Assembly: GCF_036321535.1 (NCBI RefSeq)
Contig: NC_087437.1
Span: 67,892,001 to 67,956,000 of the forward strand
DNA length: 64,000 bases
Source: Camelus dromedarius
Taxonomy: Eukaryota
Direction: 5' to 3'
Both the position numbers and the translations under genes were made by a program. The stretch's first letter is position 1; every line of letters begins with the position of its first letter. Of the stretch, positions 11,966 to 23,300 are shown piece after piece. Under the pieces are notes generated by a model. That model made no database searches. It had not been told where the DNA came from and worked only from the letters and a program-made list of their open reading frames with translations.

Positions 11966-12947
11966 GCATGAAATTGCATCCTTCAGCCTATTTGGACTGA
12001 GAGCTAAGGACCTATTGGTCATTAAAAACAAATAATGTTCACCCCCTACCACATACACAACTAGGTATCGCCAAATGATTTAGAACGAAACAAAAACAAC
12101 AGCAATACATAGGAAGATCCAAAGGTATTTGTAGGCAAAATGAACTCCCAAAGTGTAAATGAATAGATAAATAAATAAATCTAATAGGTAAATAGTGGAC
12201 ATTGAGTTTCCCTATTAGAGTAGGGTAGCTTCCAATAAAGAAATAAAAATTTAAATAGAACATGGCACTCTGAACTGAATATGGATTAGAGAATCAACTA
12301 AATTAAAAAGATGGCTGGAATCCTTTTTGAGCAAGAACATTTGGCCTCATTCACGATTCTTAGACTTCATGTTCTGGGCTTTACACATCTCCTTTGATTT
12401 AAGTTACCATCAGGGCCAACAAAAGGTCATTTAACTCTTTTTAATGTAGCCTCTACCCAGCACTTAAAAAATCTCATACTCTCTTAGAGCCTATGTTATC
12501 AATTTCAATAACATCGTTTAGAATACTTCCTTCACCACACAAACATGCCACATAATGTCTTGTTTGTACCTTTCTTTTAAAATACTCTCCCCCAAATGGA
12601 ATTAGCATGTGCTTATTGCAGGCAAATTGGAAATACAGAACTATTTGATAAGGTAAATGAAAGCCTTGTACAAAATTAATCACTGCTAACACATCAGTAT
12701 ATGACTTTCTAGTATTTAAATGCCTTTTTTACTTAACCGAAATCGCATTGAAATATGATTTTGTTTTCTGACTTTCTTCCATGTTAACATGATAACAAAA
12801 GCATTTCCCATCTTTTTAAATCCCTTTACAAATAGCATTTTGATGGCTACATGGAAGTGTGTCTAGAAGTACATTTTCTTAACACTTTCTTTATTTTTAA
12901 CGTTGGTGAAGAGGCATCAGTTATAAATACTGTGTTCAGCTACCAAC

Positions 12948-12970
12948 TGTGTGTGTGTGTGTGTGTGTGT
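12948..12970. repeat. (TG)11 microsatellite
   Basis: Read directly. Confidence 0.95.
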
Positions 12971-13719
12971 TGCAAGTTGTTGGTAGAGGATTTGGGCTGA
13001 AGGTAAATAGGCTTTATTTCCCCCCACCTCAATTTAAACAGGATTCAAACTGATCCTTGACTAATTCCCTGAGTCTAACGCTGATACCAGGGTAGGAGTT
13101 GGGGGAGAAGTAGAGATTGATGGTAAAAATGAAAGAAAAGTGGAGAAGAGAAGAGGAGGAACACTAGAGAAAGGGTGAAATAAAAAGGAGTGAAGGAAGG
13201 AAAGAGGGTGTAGAGTAGAATGAAAGCTGCCAATTATATGCTGATGCCTAGCCAAGATGGCTAGGTTGGAATTAGCCTTTCAGAATACCATGTGTTAACT
13301 AGCCATCTCATTCCTTCTTAGAAGCCCAATCAACTTCTTTGTACCAGCCTATATATTCATGTGACATATTCCATCTTCTGTATGGGCAATTATAGCCCTT
13401 CAGAAGCCAGCCTTGTTTCCAGGAATCTGTATTATGTTACAAAACTGTGGAATTAGATTTCCTGCTGCCCTTTTAACCTCCTTAACTGCTTGGTATTACC
13501 CCAGTTGTCTTTGTGATGGAGGCCCTGAGTCCTTGTCCTCAAACCAGCCATGGTCCCCTGGGGTTGCACACAGCAGTACTCTGAAATTCCTACTTACCAG
13601 CTCCTTCAACATGACTGATGCTGAAAAGGCTTTGCTTCTGCTGTCAGCATTCATCACATTCCTTATAAATGAAACATGAGTGTAATTCATATTTCTTCCA
13701 GGGAGAGAGGTTTTAGAGG

Positions 13720-13840
13720 CTTCATTTATTCATTCATTCAACAAATATTTATCGTGTCCCTTCTGCACTTAGAATACCATGGCAGGCATTGTAAAGGATA
13801 CAGAGAAACAGAAGCACAGTTCCTACCCTTACGAGTCTAG
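13720..13840 (-). mobile_element. L2 3' end
   Basis: ttcattcattcaacaaatatttat tail in reverse orientation. Confidence 0.7.
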
Positions 13841-13844
13841 TCTC

Positions 13845-14530
13845 CCACCAAGTTCTGCTGATGCTACCTCTTCAATATCTCTTGTATCCATCCACTTCTG
13901 TTTATCCTAACTACAGTAGCCTTAATTAAAGCAACCATTCATTATCCTCTAACTGGATTACTATATTTCAAGAATTTGATCAGATTATTTTTATGCTTAA
14001 AAACATTCATTATCTGGCCAAATCTTTAAATCCTTCCTGTGACCTAAAAAGCCCTAGAGGATCTGAACCCTGTAACCTTCTGATAATATCTCGTGACCCC
14101 CTGAACTTAAGCCATCTTGAGTTTCTTTTACTCTTTACATATGTCATGCTGTATCTTACTAAAATAATTTTGTGCATGTTGTTTCTTCTGCTCCCAAAAC
14201 TGTTCTCCCTTTACTTTCCTAGTCTCCTCTCCTATTTATCTACCAATTGCCATTCATTATTTGTCTTAAACTAGATATAACTTCAACCAAGAAGATTTCC
14301 CTGTCTGCTCATGTACCTCTCCTATCTCTAAACCAAATTTGTTCCCCTTCTCTGTGCCCCATGGCACCTTTTATGCCCTCTTCAAACCTCTTTATTGCTC
14401 ACTTTCATATGCCTCTCCTAGGCTAAAAATTCCGTGAATCAGATACCATTGTTTTCTGTTGGGTTCCTAACATAATACAGTGCCTGGCACATCGTAATTT
14501 TAATTGGGAATATTTTAAATTGACTTGTTG
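13845..14530 (+). mobile_element. L2 3' region
   Basis: caccaagttctgctgatgctacctc, ctggattact, acagtgcctggcacat tail. Confidence 0.7.
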
Positions 14531-15827
14531 TGTTAAGAAACCTGTATTATCATTCAAGAGCTCTTACATACACTGATGATGCTTCCTACACCAGGCACAT
14601 TCATATGTTACATATAGGGCAAGACTATGAGTGATAGGTTCATAAGGACTGTTATTGGTGTCAGAGATACAACTTATAACTATTAAGAGATTAGATCCTC
14701 AGAACTTGAATTTCTTTCCTTTTCCACATATGATATGGAAAGGATGAGGTACAATGGAGGCCATGTGATTGCAACATCTGAAACCTTAAGAACTCCAATG
14801 AATAGAGGGGTTGAATAAAAGATAAAGGAAGTGAGAGAAGGGCAGGAATGAAGGCAAAGGAAAATGTGAACTGGCAGGTGTAAGAATCAGCAGAAAGTGA
14901 GCTAGGAAGATATGGACAATGCAGATGAGAGATGGTCATCAAGTCCCATATTCTCAGGACGTGTTCCCCACTTGCCAGATGCCTTAAAAGCTGGCACAGT
15001 TTACTCCCAGGAAACATTGCCTGCAAACAGGCAGGAGGATTTTCCAAATTGAGAATCAGAAACCCATGGCTGATATGTGTCAGGTGCTTACAGGGGGTTC
15101 TTCAGGATGCCTCCAGGCACCAAACAGCTCCTTACTTTACCCTAATGTATGAGAAAGTAAAAATACGTAGAAAAAATACAATGGTATCTTGTAAAGCTGT
15201 GAAGCCATGTATAAAAGGATATCATAGCAGAAATATCATCAGCAGTCATTGCTGCAACCAGAGTGAGAGTACCTTAAAAGGAGAGTTTATAATTTCCACA
15301 GCCTGGGTGTTTCCTTTGATCCATTGATGGAACTACATGAAAATTCTCACCACTGAGAAGACTAAGAAACAAGGGGAGAGCAACCTTACTGGCCCCCAGT
15401 GACCTCATAACATGGAAAGTGAATTCAACCCGTGGTCAGTAAATCTCCCTGGCTAAAAGGATGAGTCCTGAATAAATTTCTTGCCTGACAGCAGCACACA
15501 GCAGAAACCTTTAATATGTGTGGGGCCATTTCTGAGTAACCCTCACCTTCTTTGACATGCCACTATTGGATGCTGGTGATCCATGTTGCCACCACGCTGC
15601 ATAAAGCTGGCACAGACTGGTTTTTAATTAAATCCCCCTAAAGGATGGTCAAATCAACCTGTCTTTACTGAAAGAGTAGTTGTGATCTGATGTCCTGAGA
15701 ATACATACTACCCCCATGGCCTTCCTCTATCCCCAGAGGCTGTCTCATTGCCTCACTGATCAGTGTCTCTCTCTCCCTGGCTTTTGAGCCAAAGTGTGAT
15801 GAAGACAGAGAATGAAAACTTAGTGCA

Positions 15828-15841
15828 GTTTCCATAGCAAC
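15828..15841. promoter_or_regulatory. RFX X-box motif GTTTCCATAGCAAC
   Basis: Near-perfect 14-bp X-box in unique sequence. Motif only, no functional evidence. Confidence 0.5.
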
Positions 15842-16409
15842 ATTCTTAGAAAGAAAGGAATGAAAGAGGGGGAAAAAAAAGGTGGAACTGTACTATAACT
15901 TGAGTTCTGAACATCAGTGAATGAGCTGCTTGTCATTTAAGAGCAATAGAGATAGCATCAGATTTCCATTAATTCCAGATTCTTCCAATAGAGGGTGGAA
16001 ACAGAAATGGCATGAGGCCTCAACGAAGGAAAACAGTCACGTGTGCCTTCTTGCTCGGATATTGGTCATACTATTGAAGAGTACAGTCTACGAATGTTTG
16101 TTCTGGTGTTCTGATACATTCACAAACTTCGGGGTAGATAGCATATAAAATGTTTGTTATCTCGCTTCAAAGAGCTTATTTAAACCTGAAGGACAAACAG
16201 ATATTGAATAAATTTTCTGAAGCAAAGCAATGTACAACACACGAGTAAAATGCAAACTAAAAGCAAACACTTTGAGTGCATATAGATTGAAGAACTCAGA
16301 ACAAAATGGTGTTAATTCAGAAGCCTTCACAGAAATGGCATGTGATCTTGTAAAATAGAGAATTTTGAATTGATAGTAATACAAGAAAATTTTTTCCTGC
16401 ATGGGGTAA

Positions 16410-16790
16410 AGCAGGATGAAAAATTCATAAGCTTCCAGGTGAAATAGGGAAAGGTATATCGGGATAATGTGGCCAGTGTGGCCTTCCTACAGTAGTTTGT
16501 CTATGAAAGATACGGAAAAGATTTGGTAGAGTAGGTAAGATAGGTGTGCTGGTGAAGAACAGAGAAATTTATATTTAACTTGAAAGGCCACAGGAAGTTA
16601 TAAGATGTTCTTTGAATCACACAGATGTCTTAAGAAGTAAATGCTTGAGAAAAATATGTAGCAGTATACAGAATAAATTCCTTGGCTAGAGGATAGACGA
16701 TACCAGAGACAGAGCGGAGAACTCAAAGTGAATTGTATATGCATAAGCCTTTTGTGTAGAGGGTGAGTCTAGTTATTCTAATAATGGCAA
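16410..16790 (-). mobile_element. Degenerate L2 fragment, probably resuming near 18150-18290
   Basis: Purine-rich L2-antisense character, e.g. aaatttatatttaacttgaaaggccacaggaag. Confidence 0.45.
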
Positions 16791-16815
16791 AATAAGAATT
16801 AATTGTATGTCTACT

Positions 16816-17870
16816 TTTTCTTTTTCCACTTAGGACCCTTTAACATCTCTTTTAGGGTTTGTTTAATATTGATGAACACTTAGTTTTTGTTTATCTGAGA
16901 AGTTCTTCATCTCTCCTTCAATTCTAAATGATAATCTTCCTGAGTAAAGTACCCTAGTGGCAGGTTTCTCCCTTTTGGTGCTTTAAATACTCCCTTCTGG
17001 CCTGCAAACTTTATGCAGAAGAATTAGCTGATAGCCATGAAAATGGCTCTGTTTTTCTCTTACTGGCTTTAGAATTCTGTCTTTAACTTATGCTGTTTTA
17101 ATCATGATATGTCTTAGTGTGGGTCTTTTTGGATTCATCTTGTTTGGGACCTTCTGTGCTTCTTGTATTTGGGACCTTCTGTGCTTCCTGTATTTAGATA
17201 TCTGTTTCCTTCTTCAGATTTGGGAAGTTTTCAGCCATAATTACATCAAATACATTTTCTACTTCTTTCTCTCTCTTCTCCTTCTGGGATCCCAATAATG
17301 TGAGTGTTAGTACACTGGATGTTGTTCCAGAGGTCACTTAAGTTGTTCTCATTTTTGTTTGTTTGTTTGTTTTCTTTTTACTGTTCTGATTCAGTGATTT
17401 TCATTCTGTCTTCCAGATCACTGACACTTTATTCTGTATCACCTCATCTGCTGTTAATTCCTTCTAATGTGGTTATCATTTGAGTATTCTTCAGTTCTGA
17501 CTGGCTCTTTCTTATATTTTTCTAGTTTCTTCTTAAAATTATCACTGTATTCATCTATTCTTTTCCCTAATTTACTTAGCGTTCTCATTACTTAAGCTTT
17601 GAACTCTTTATCTGGTAAATTATTTATTTTTGTTTTATTATTTTTTCAGAGTTTTTGCTTTATTCTTTCAACTGAAACAAATTCCTCTCTTTTTCCATTT
17701 TGCTTAACTTTCTCTGTCCCTATAAAACTAGATGAAACAGTTACCTATTGTGGCCTTGAAGGGGTGTCCTTGTGTGAGAGAGTCCCTATACAGCCTGTGT
17801 GTGCCCAGGGGCTTTAGTGGGAGAGCTGGATGTGACATGAGCACAAGTAACATGCATTTCCCCAGGATGT
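16816..17870 (-). mobile_element. L1 fragment: end of 5'UTR plus decayed ORF1, flanked by a probable TSD
   Basis: ORF1 ATG near 17698. C-terminus translates as FSDKQKL..FINIKQTLKEMLKG, stop near 16830. Colinear with 59650-60870. Flanking repeats at 16801-16815 and 17871-17885. Confidence 0.88.
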
Positions 17871-17904
17871 ATTTGAATGTCTACTGTAAGATGAGCTTTA
17901 CATG

Positions 17905-18137
17905 ATGATAATGCTTGCCGCCATTTGTCAAGAGCTCATGATGCACCAGGCAGTGCACTCAATAAATTTCATGTATTATCACATTTGTGATATTAAAAAT
18001 AACCCAAAGAGGTTTATATAATGCCCATTGTATAACTGAGAAATTGAAAACGGAGAGGTTAAATACACACAGTTGATGAGCATGATACTGACATCTGAAC
18101 CGGACTCCAAAGCTCATGACCCTTCCATTGGAGCACA
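17905..18137 (-). mobile_element. MIR
   Basis: gcccattgtataactgagaaattgaaaacggagaggttaaat...gactccaaagctcatg. Confidence 0.8.
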
Positions 18138-19024
18138 TTGTATTTGATTCCTGTGTGCAATAGGTTGTGAGAAATGAAAGAGATGAAGAGAGATTGCTAT
18201 GGCTTGACATTAAATGGAAGAGGATGAAGGAGAAAGCTCCAAAGAAAGGACAATGGCAGTGTCATCAGGAGTGATGAAGGTATTTGGAGGACAGGACTTC
18301 AGCATGTTATTTTCAGTTTGGGGAGAAACTGTCCCTGTAGTTTCCATTGACTGCATTTTAACTGATAGCAGCAGGGGTAGCTCTGTGCACCTTTTGATAA
18401 GCTTTCTGTAGTTTTGAAATATTCAGATATTGCAGGGAGTGGGAATACCCGAGTTAACGCACTTTCTGGACATGCTAATGTATGCCCTAGGAGGCAGAAG
18501 AAGGTCAACCTGTAAAGAGAACCACCAGCAGCTGAAGTTAGAATTGTTCTCTCTGCAAGCCTTCAGCAAAATGTTCTTTTAACTTTCTGTAGCCCTCATC
18601 TTGCAAAGTTAAAGCTTTTGGTTTAAATTTTAATGGAACTTGAACTAAGTGTTCAATCCTTAAATCTTAATATACGTGTCTAAAATTCATCCCAGACCTT
18701 TCACAAAGACATGTGAGGAAAGAAAGCATTTCATGTTCTGTTGCATATTTTCCTCAATTCTTTTCCTGAACGATAACCCTAGGGACTAATAGCATGCCTT
18801 ATGCTTCTTTACCTAATTTGCATGCTGAGAACTGTATAGTACAACATATCTATTGATAGGCAAAGGAAGAAAAAAGAAAGATATTGACTGTTTCATGTCA
18901 ACAACAGGGGAATGTGGGTTTGGGTTTAGCTTAATTCTGAACAGTGATAAGAGGGATTAACACTAAGATAAAACACTGCTGATGTTAGCAGTTTCTCTGC
19001 CCGTTGAGGCAAGGCAGAAGTTTA

Positions 19025-19245
19025 TTAGCACAGAGTTTAGAATATGGATTCTGGAGGCAGAGACTAATGACACAGCCTGGTTTCACTACTTCCTAGGTCT
19101 AGGACTTAGGTAGTTACTTAATATACTTCTGAAAAAGTGGAAAAAATAGCACTAACTTATTTGGTAATTATGGTAAGTAATATTGCATGTAAGTGTTTTA
19201 AACAGAGCCTGGATCATTATGTGGTTGGAGACTGCTATTATTAAG
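19025..19245 (+). mobile_element. MIR
   Basis: ggattctggaggcaga...tagttacttaat...catgtaagtgttttaaacagagcctgg...gctattatta. Confidence 0.7.
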
Positions 19246-21379
19246 AGCAAAGATGGCTAGTTGGGCAGTGAGCCTAATGTAGTCAGAGAGGAAGAGAGCT
19301 CTGCACAATTTCAGAGCCACAGTAATGACTTCAAAATGAGGAGACAGAAGGTAAGACTAGAACAACCTGGAGAAAGGATTTTCTCATATGTACGGTACCG
19401 CACAGAGCACATAAGCGTATGTTGTGGGAGCCATGGGGAGCCACAGAGTGTAGCAGGCAGAGAATCACGTGTAAAAACCCCTGGGTGTGAGTTTGTGTGG
19501 GTGGTGGAGCACACATACATACGTGCACATTATTCCACTCAGCACTAATTTGCAGAGATGTGTTTATTCTCTTTCCTCCTTGCTCGATCTTGAATACAAG
19601 TAAAGCCAAAATATTACAGGTGGGGCATAGAAGGCTTTAACACCTTCACATATACATACAGAGAACAAGGTTTCCTAATTAGAAACAACTGACAAAAGCA
19701 GCAATTGTTAGAATAACACCTCGTCTAGTTATAAAGGGTAATTGTCATCCTGATTTTGATCCATTTCATCATTTTGTATGTCAGTTACTCTGGCACTTGT
19801 ACAGAATGTATCTTTGACAAAGAATTTCTCTGATTACTCTGGTTGTTCCTGTGAAACCACAACCCAGGTTAGACTTGTTTAAATACTACAATATCTATAT
19901 AGAATGGAGTTATTCTTTCGTCCAGCAACAAAGACCTGGAAGGTCTACTATTTTAGAGGTAGCAGTGGGCCACTCTAGACTCTTCAGTTATCTCAAATAA
20001 AACCCAGTTGTCGATGACTGCAGGCTGTCCAGGTAGCTAAAGTTTTGACCAACTTAAAATCTATAACCATTTCTCTCCTAAGTATTTTTATTCCCACGTC
20101 TTTAAACTTCTAATTAGAGTGTCCCTATGGTGTAGCATACTCTAGATTTTCAAGCTAGTAACTTCCTATTGAGTTTCAATCCATCTTTCATGTGGGCTCT
20201 AGGGTTGATGCACTGTATAATATGTTCCCTTCAGAAGCTTCTAAATAATGAATTAAATGCTAATATTGCTTCTTTTTCCTTAACAATTGTTCTTAAGTAT
20301 TAAATCAATCACAGATTAATTGAACTTCCTCAGTATTTTCCCTTTTCTCCCATAAATTAGCTTTACTTTCATTTTCTTTCATGGACCTTTTCCCCTTTCT
20401 CTTCAGGCATCCTTAGAGGGTATCTAACGTTCTTTGGCTCTGTAGTTTTGAAGTGTGTAATTTGGAAGGAATGTGGGTCTGGAGGGAATTAAATTAACTA
20501 GAAGCACTCTGATTTTTGATTAAATTGCTTTTCTCAAAGATATTATAGAACATTCCAGGTATTCATTTTTAAATTTTCTTCAAAAAAAGGGAAACCACAT
20601 TAAAGTTCAGACAATTTTGGTTTCCTTTTTGCTTTACTTCTAAGGTTGGTACTCAAAATACCATTATCACATTTCGAGTACAAAGTCCAAACATTAAGAA
20701 AAGACATCTATTGAATTTAATTTGGTGAAAGTGAGAGACAGGAAACAGTGGCAGAACCAGAAAATGAAGCGAGTATAAGAAGCCAAAACAGTGAGGCATT
20801 GGAGGAGCTATGTCCTAAAGCCAAGGGTGAAAATGCCTAATGATGGAGAATTTACACAGAGGTCAGAAACTACTAGAATAACATGCAGAAAGAACAAAAA
20901 GTATAATCCTGCAGAGAGGAAATTCTGAATATAAGACTGTAAGTTGGAGCCAGACAGTTTCATGCAGTGTGGGTAGAAAAATCTATAGGGCGCCAAAATG
21001 GACATTGATGAGACAACCAGTCAGCCTATTTCCCTTTTTTGGACCACTGAAAAATAAATGTGTGATGGTGAGAAATGAGTGGGAGCAGCCCTTTTGAAAT
21101 AGTCAGCATGACTCAGGCCTTGGCTGGTCTAGTGTAGCTAGTCTTGGGACTTTTTATTAGAGGCTCTGTTCCACAAAACACCTCAAGAGACAGAAAAACA
21201 AAATCAGCCAATGAGTGGACATTGAACATCTGCACGTTTGACTGTATAAAAGCATACCACATGGATGACTAGTTTAAGTTTCCAGTTCTTCTCACCACTT
21301 TAGTTTGCTTGCTTCATGTAGGCACCTGAAGAAGGTATGGCACATTCAGAGAACTAAAGTGATGGTTACAATTTAGGAC

Positions 21380-21936
21380 ATGCCAGATTGTTCCTGCTGA
21401 AACAAAATTCACCCTACCATTCTCTTCTAAAAACTTGAGTAGATTACAGTTGCCTTAGTATTAAACCTGAGTTTCTTAAGATGACTTGAGAAGTTCCCCT
21501 TTTGTGGTCTAACTTCCTGTTGGGCTAATTATTTTCATTATTTCTTCACACCTTTTCCCTTCAATCATTACTGAACAACTTGAATTTTCTTAACAAACAC
21601 AGTATGTTCCACCATGATTGGAGGTCATTTGGCATGCTGTTCCCTCTGCTAGATAGCTCCATTCCACCCATGATCTCTGGTCCCTCCTTTTTTAATTCAA
21701 GACTTATCTCAGATATTAGGGCATTCAGAAACCTTACCATATATGACTGAAAAGTCCACCCTGGCCCTAGTATTTACCACACCAAAGCATGAATGCCTCT
21801 TCTCCATCTCTCCCATTAGACTGTAAGTAGCTTTAGGGAGATGCCATGTGATCTGATCAATCTTGTTCCCGGTTGCCTAGCAAAGTGCCATCTTCTAAAA
21901 CTGTTCATATTGGTTGAGTGAAATTTCCAATGAATG
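21380..21936 (+). mobile_element. L2 3' region
   Basis: catgctgttccctctgct, tctcccattagactgtaag, gcctagcaaagtgcc. Confidence 0.7.
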
Positions 21937-22045
21937 GGGATAATTTTATTAGAAGGGAAGGCTGAAGAGAGAAATAACTGTACTCAATAGAATGAGGAAT
22001 ATAGAGAGTATTTATGATAAGTTCCACATCTGATTAATTTGGTGG

Positions 22046-22412
22046 TGTTAAAAGTGGTTAAAATGATTAAAGAAAACAGTTTAGGTGATACAAACAAACC
22101 TTATTTAACATTTCATTAAGCAGATAGTCTCCATTTGGAGAACTGCTAAATGGGGCAGAAGGTGGAAATCTTTTATAGAATAAAGGACAAGGAAAAGATT
22201 GACTGGGGCCACATAGTCAACCTTGTTTGGAGTGAGAAGGGACAAGGAAATAAGTAGAGAACCCAGAGTTGGCTGGGTTTTGGGGAATTGGCTGATTGAA
22301 CATACTGAACTTCTGGTCAAGAAGGACATGGAAGTTAATTCAGTTTTGGTTTGCTGATGTGGTATCCCAGACATGGGCAACTCCATCTTATGCCTAAAAA
22401 TTTATTTCAACA
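22046..22412 (-). mobile_element. Solo ERV1-class LTR (MER31/MER67-like)
   Basis: TGTT...AACA termini, 367 bp. Minus-strand aagatggagt near its start, CCAAT at 22287-22291 and TATAAAA at 22171-22177. Flanks gtgg / gcag are compatible with a 4-bp TSD. Confidence 0.7.
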
Positions 22413-23142
22413 GCAGAGATGACCACTCTTCTATAAAATAAAAAAGCCAGAATTCTTCTAAAAAGATAAGCTACCAACACTTTTTATCATATCTATTTTA
22501 TGGTTCCTGAATCCTCTTGTGTAGTTACAATTTTATCTTTTACCTTATTGTATGTTGTGATATTCTGTAAGTTTGTATGAGTGATTTTCCTCTAAGTGAG
22601 AGACTTGAATCTTTCTTTTTTTTTTTATCTCTCAAAGGGCTTGACAAAAGACCATGTACACAGTTGGCATTTTACAGGTTGATGCTTATGGAAATATTTT
22701 TTGAATGAAATACCCTTGGAAGATAGGCTTTGCAAAACTGTTAAAATTAAGAGCCAAATGATGTCAAATCTCTAATTTATTCCTTTCACACACTGGATCG
22801 TAATATTTCTTTAAGATAAAAAAGAGACTGACATACACGATGAGGCTATACCCCATATTTTCTTCTATATGTCAGGGAAATTAAATGTTCTTCAACAGAA
22901 ATCCATGGCTGTAGAGTAGACCATATCCTATTGTGGCTAACTATATCCATGAATTTAAATAGTTTTATCCATGTGAATGTTTGATATCAAGCTGAGAAAA
23001 TTTAACTCATTACATGTTTAATTTTCAATCCCAGATGGTGATGGTATTTTTTTTTAAGGTAGAGATAGGATTTAATTATTTTAGAACCCATGACCATATC
23101 ATTTTGGACATCTGCATGTAATTTAATAGAACAGTGCAAAGT

Positions 23143-23300
23143 ATAGTTCTTGAACAGAAGCATGGGTGTTAACTAAGAACTCCTTTGAAATGCAGATTCT
23201 TGGGCCACTCAAGAACTACTAAGTCAGAAAGTCTTGGAGTGGCCCTAGCAATCTGTACTTGAAAAAGCTCTCCAGATAAATAAATTTTGAAACTTACTAG
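23143..23300. mobile_element. MER5A-like hAT-Charlie DNA transposon
   Basis: aaatgcagattcttgggcc...ctactaagtcagaaagtcttggagtggccctagcaatctgtactt. Confidence 0.8.
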
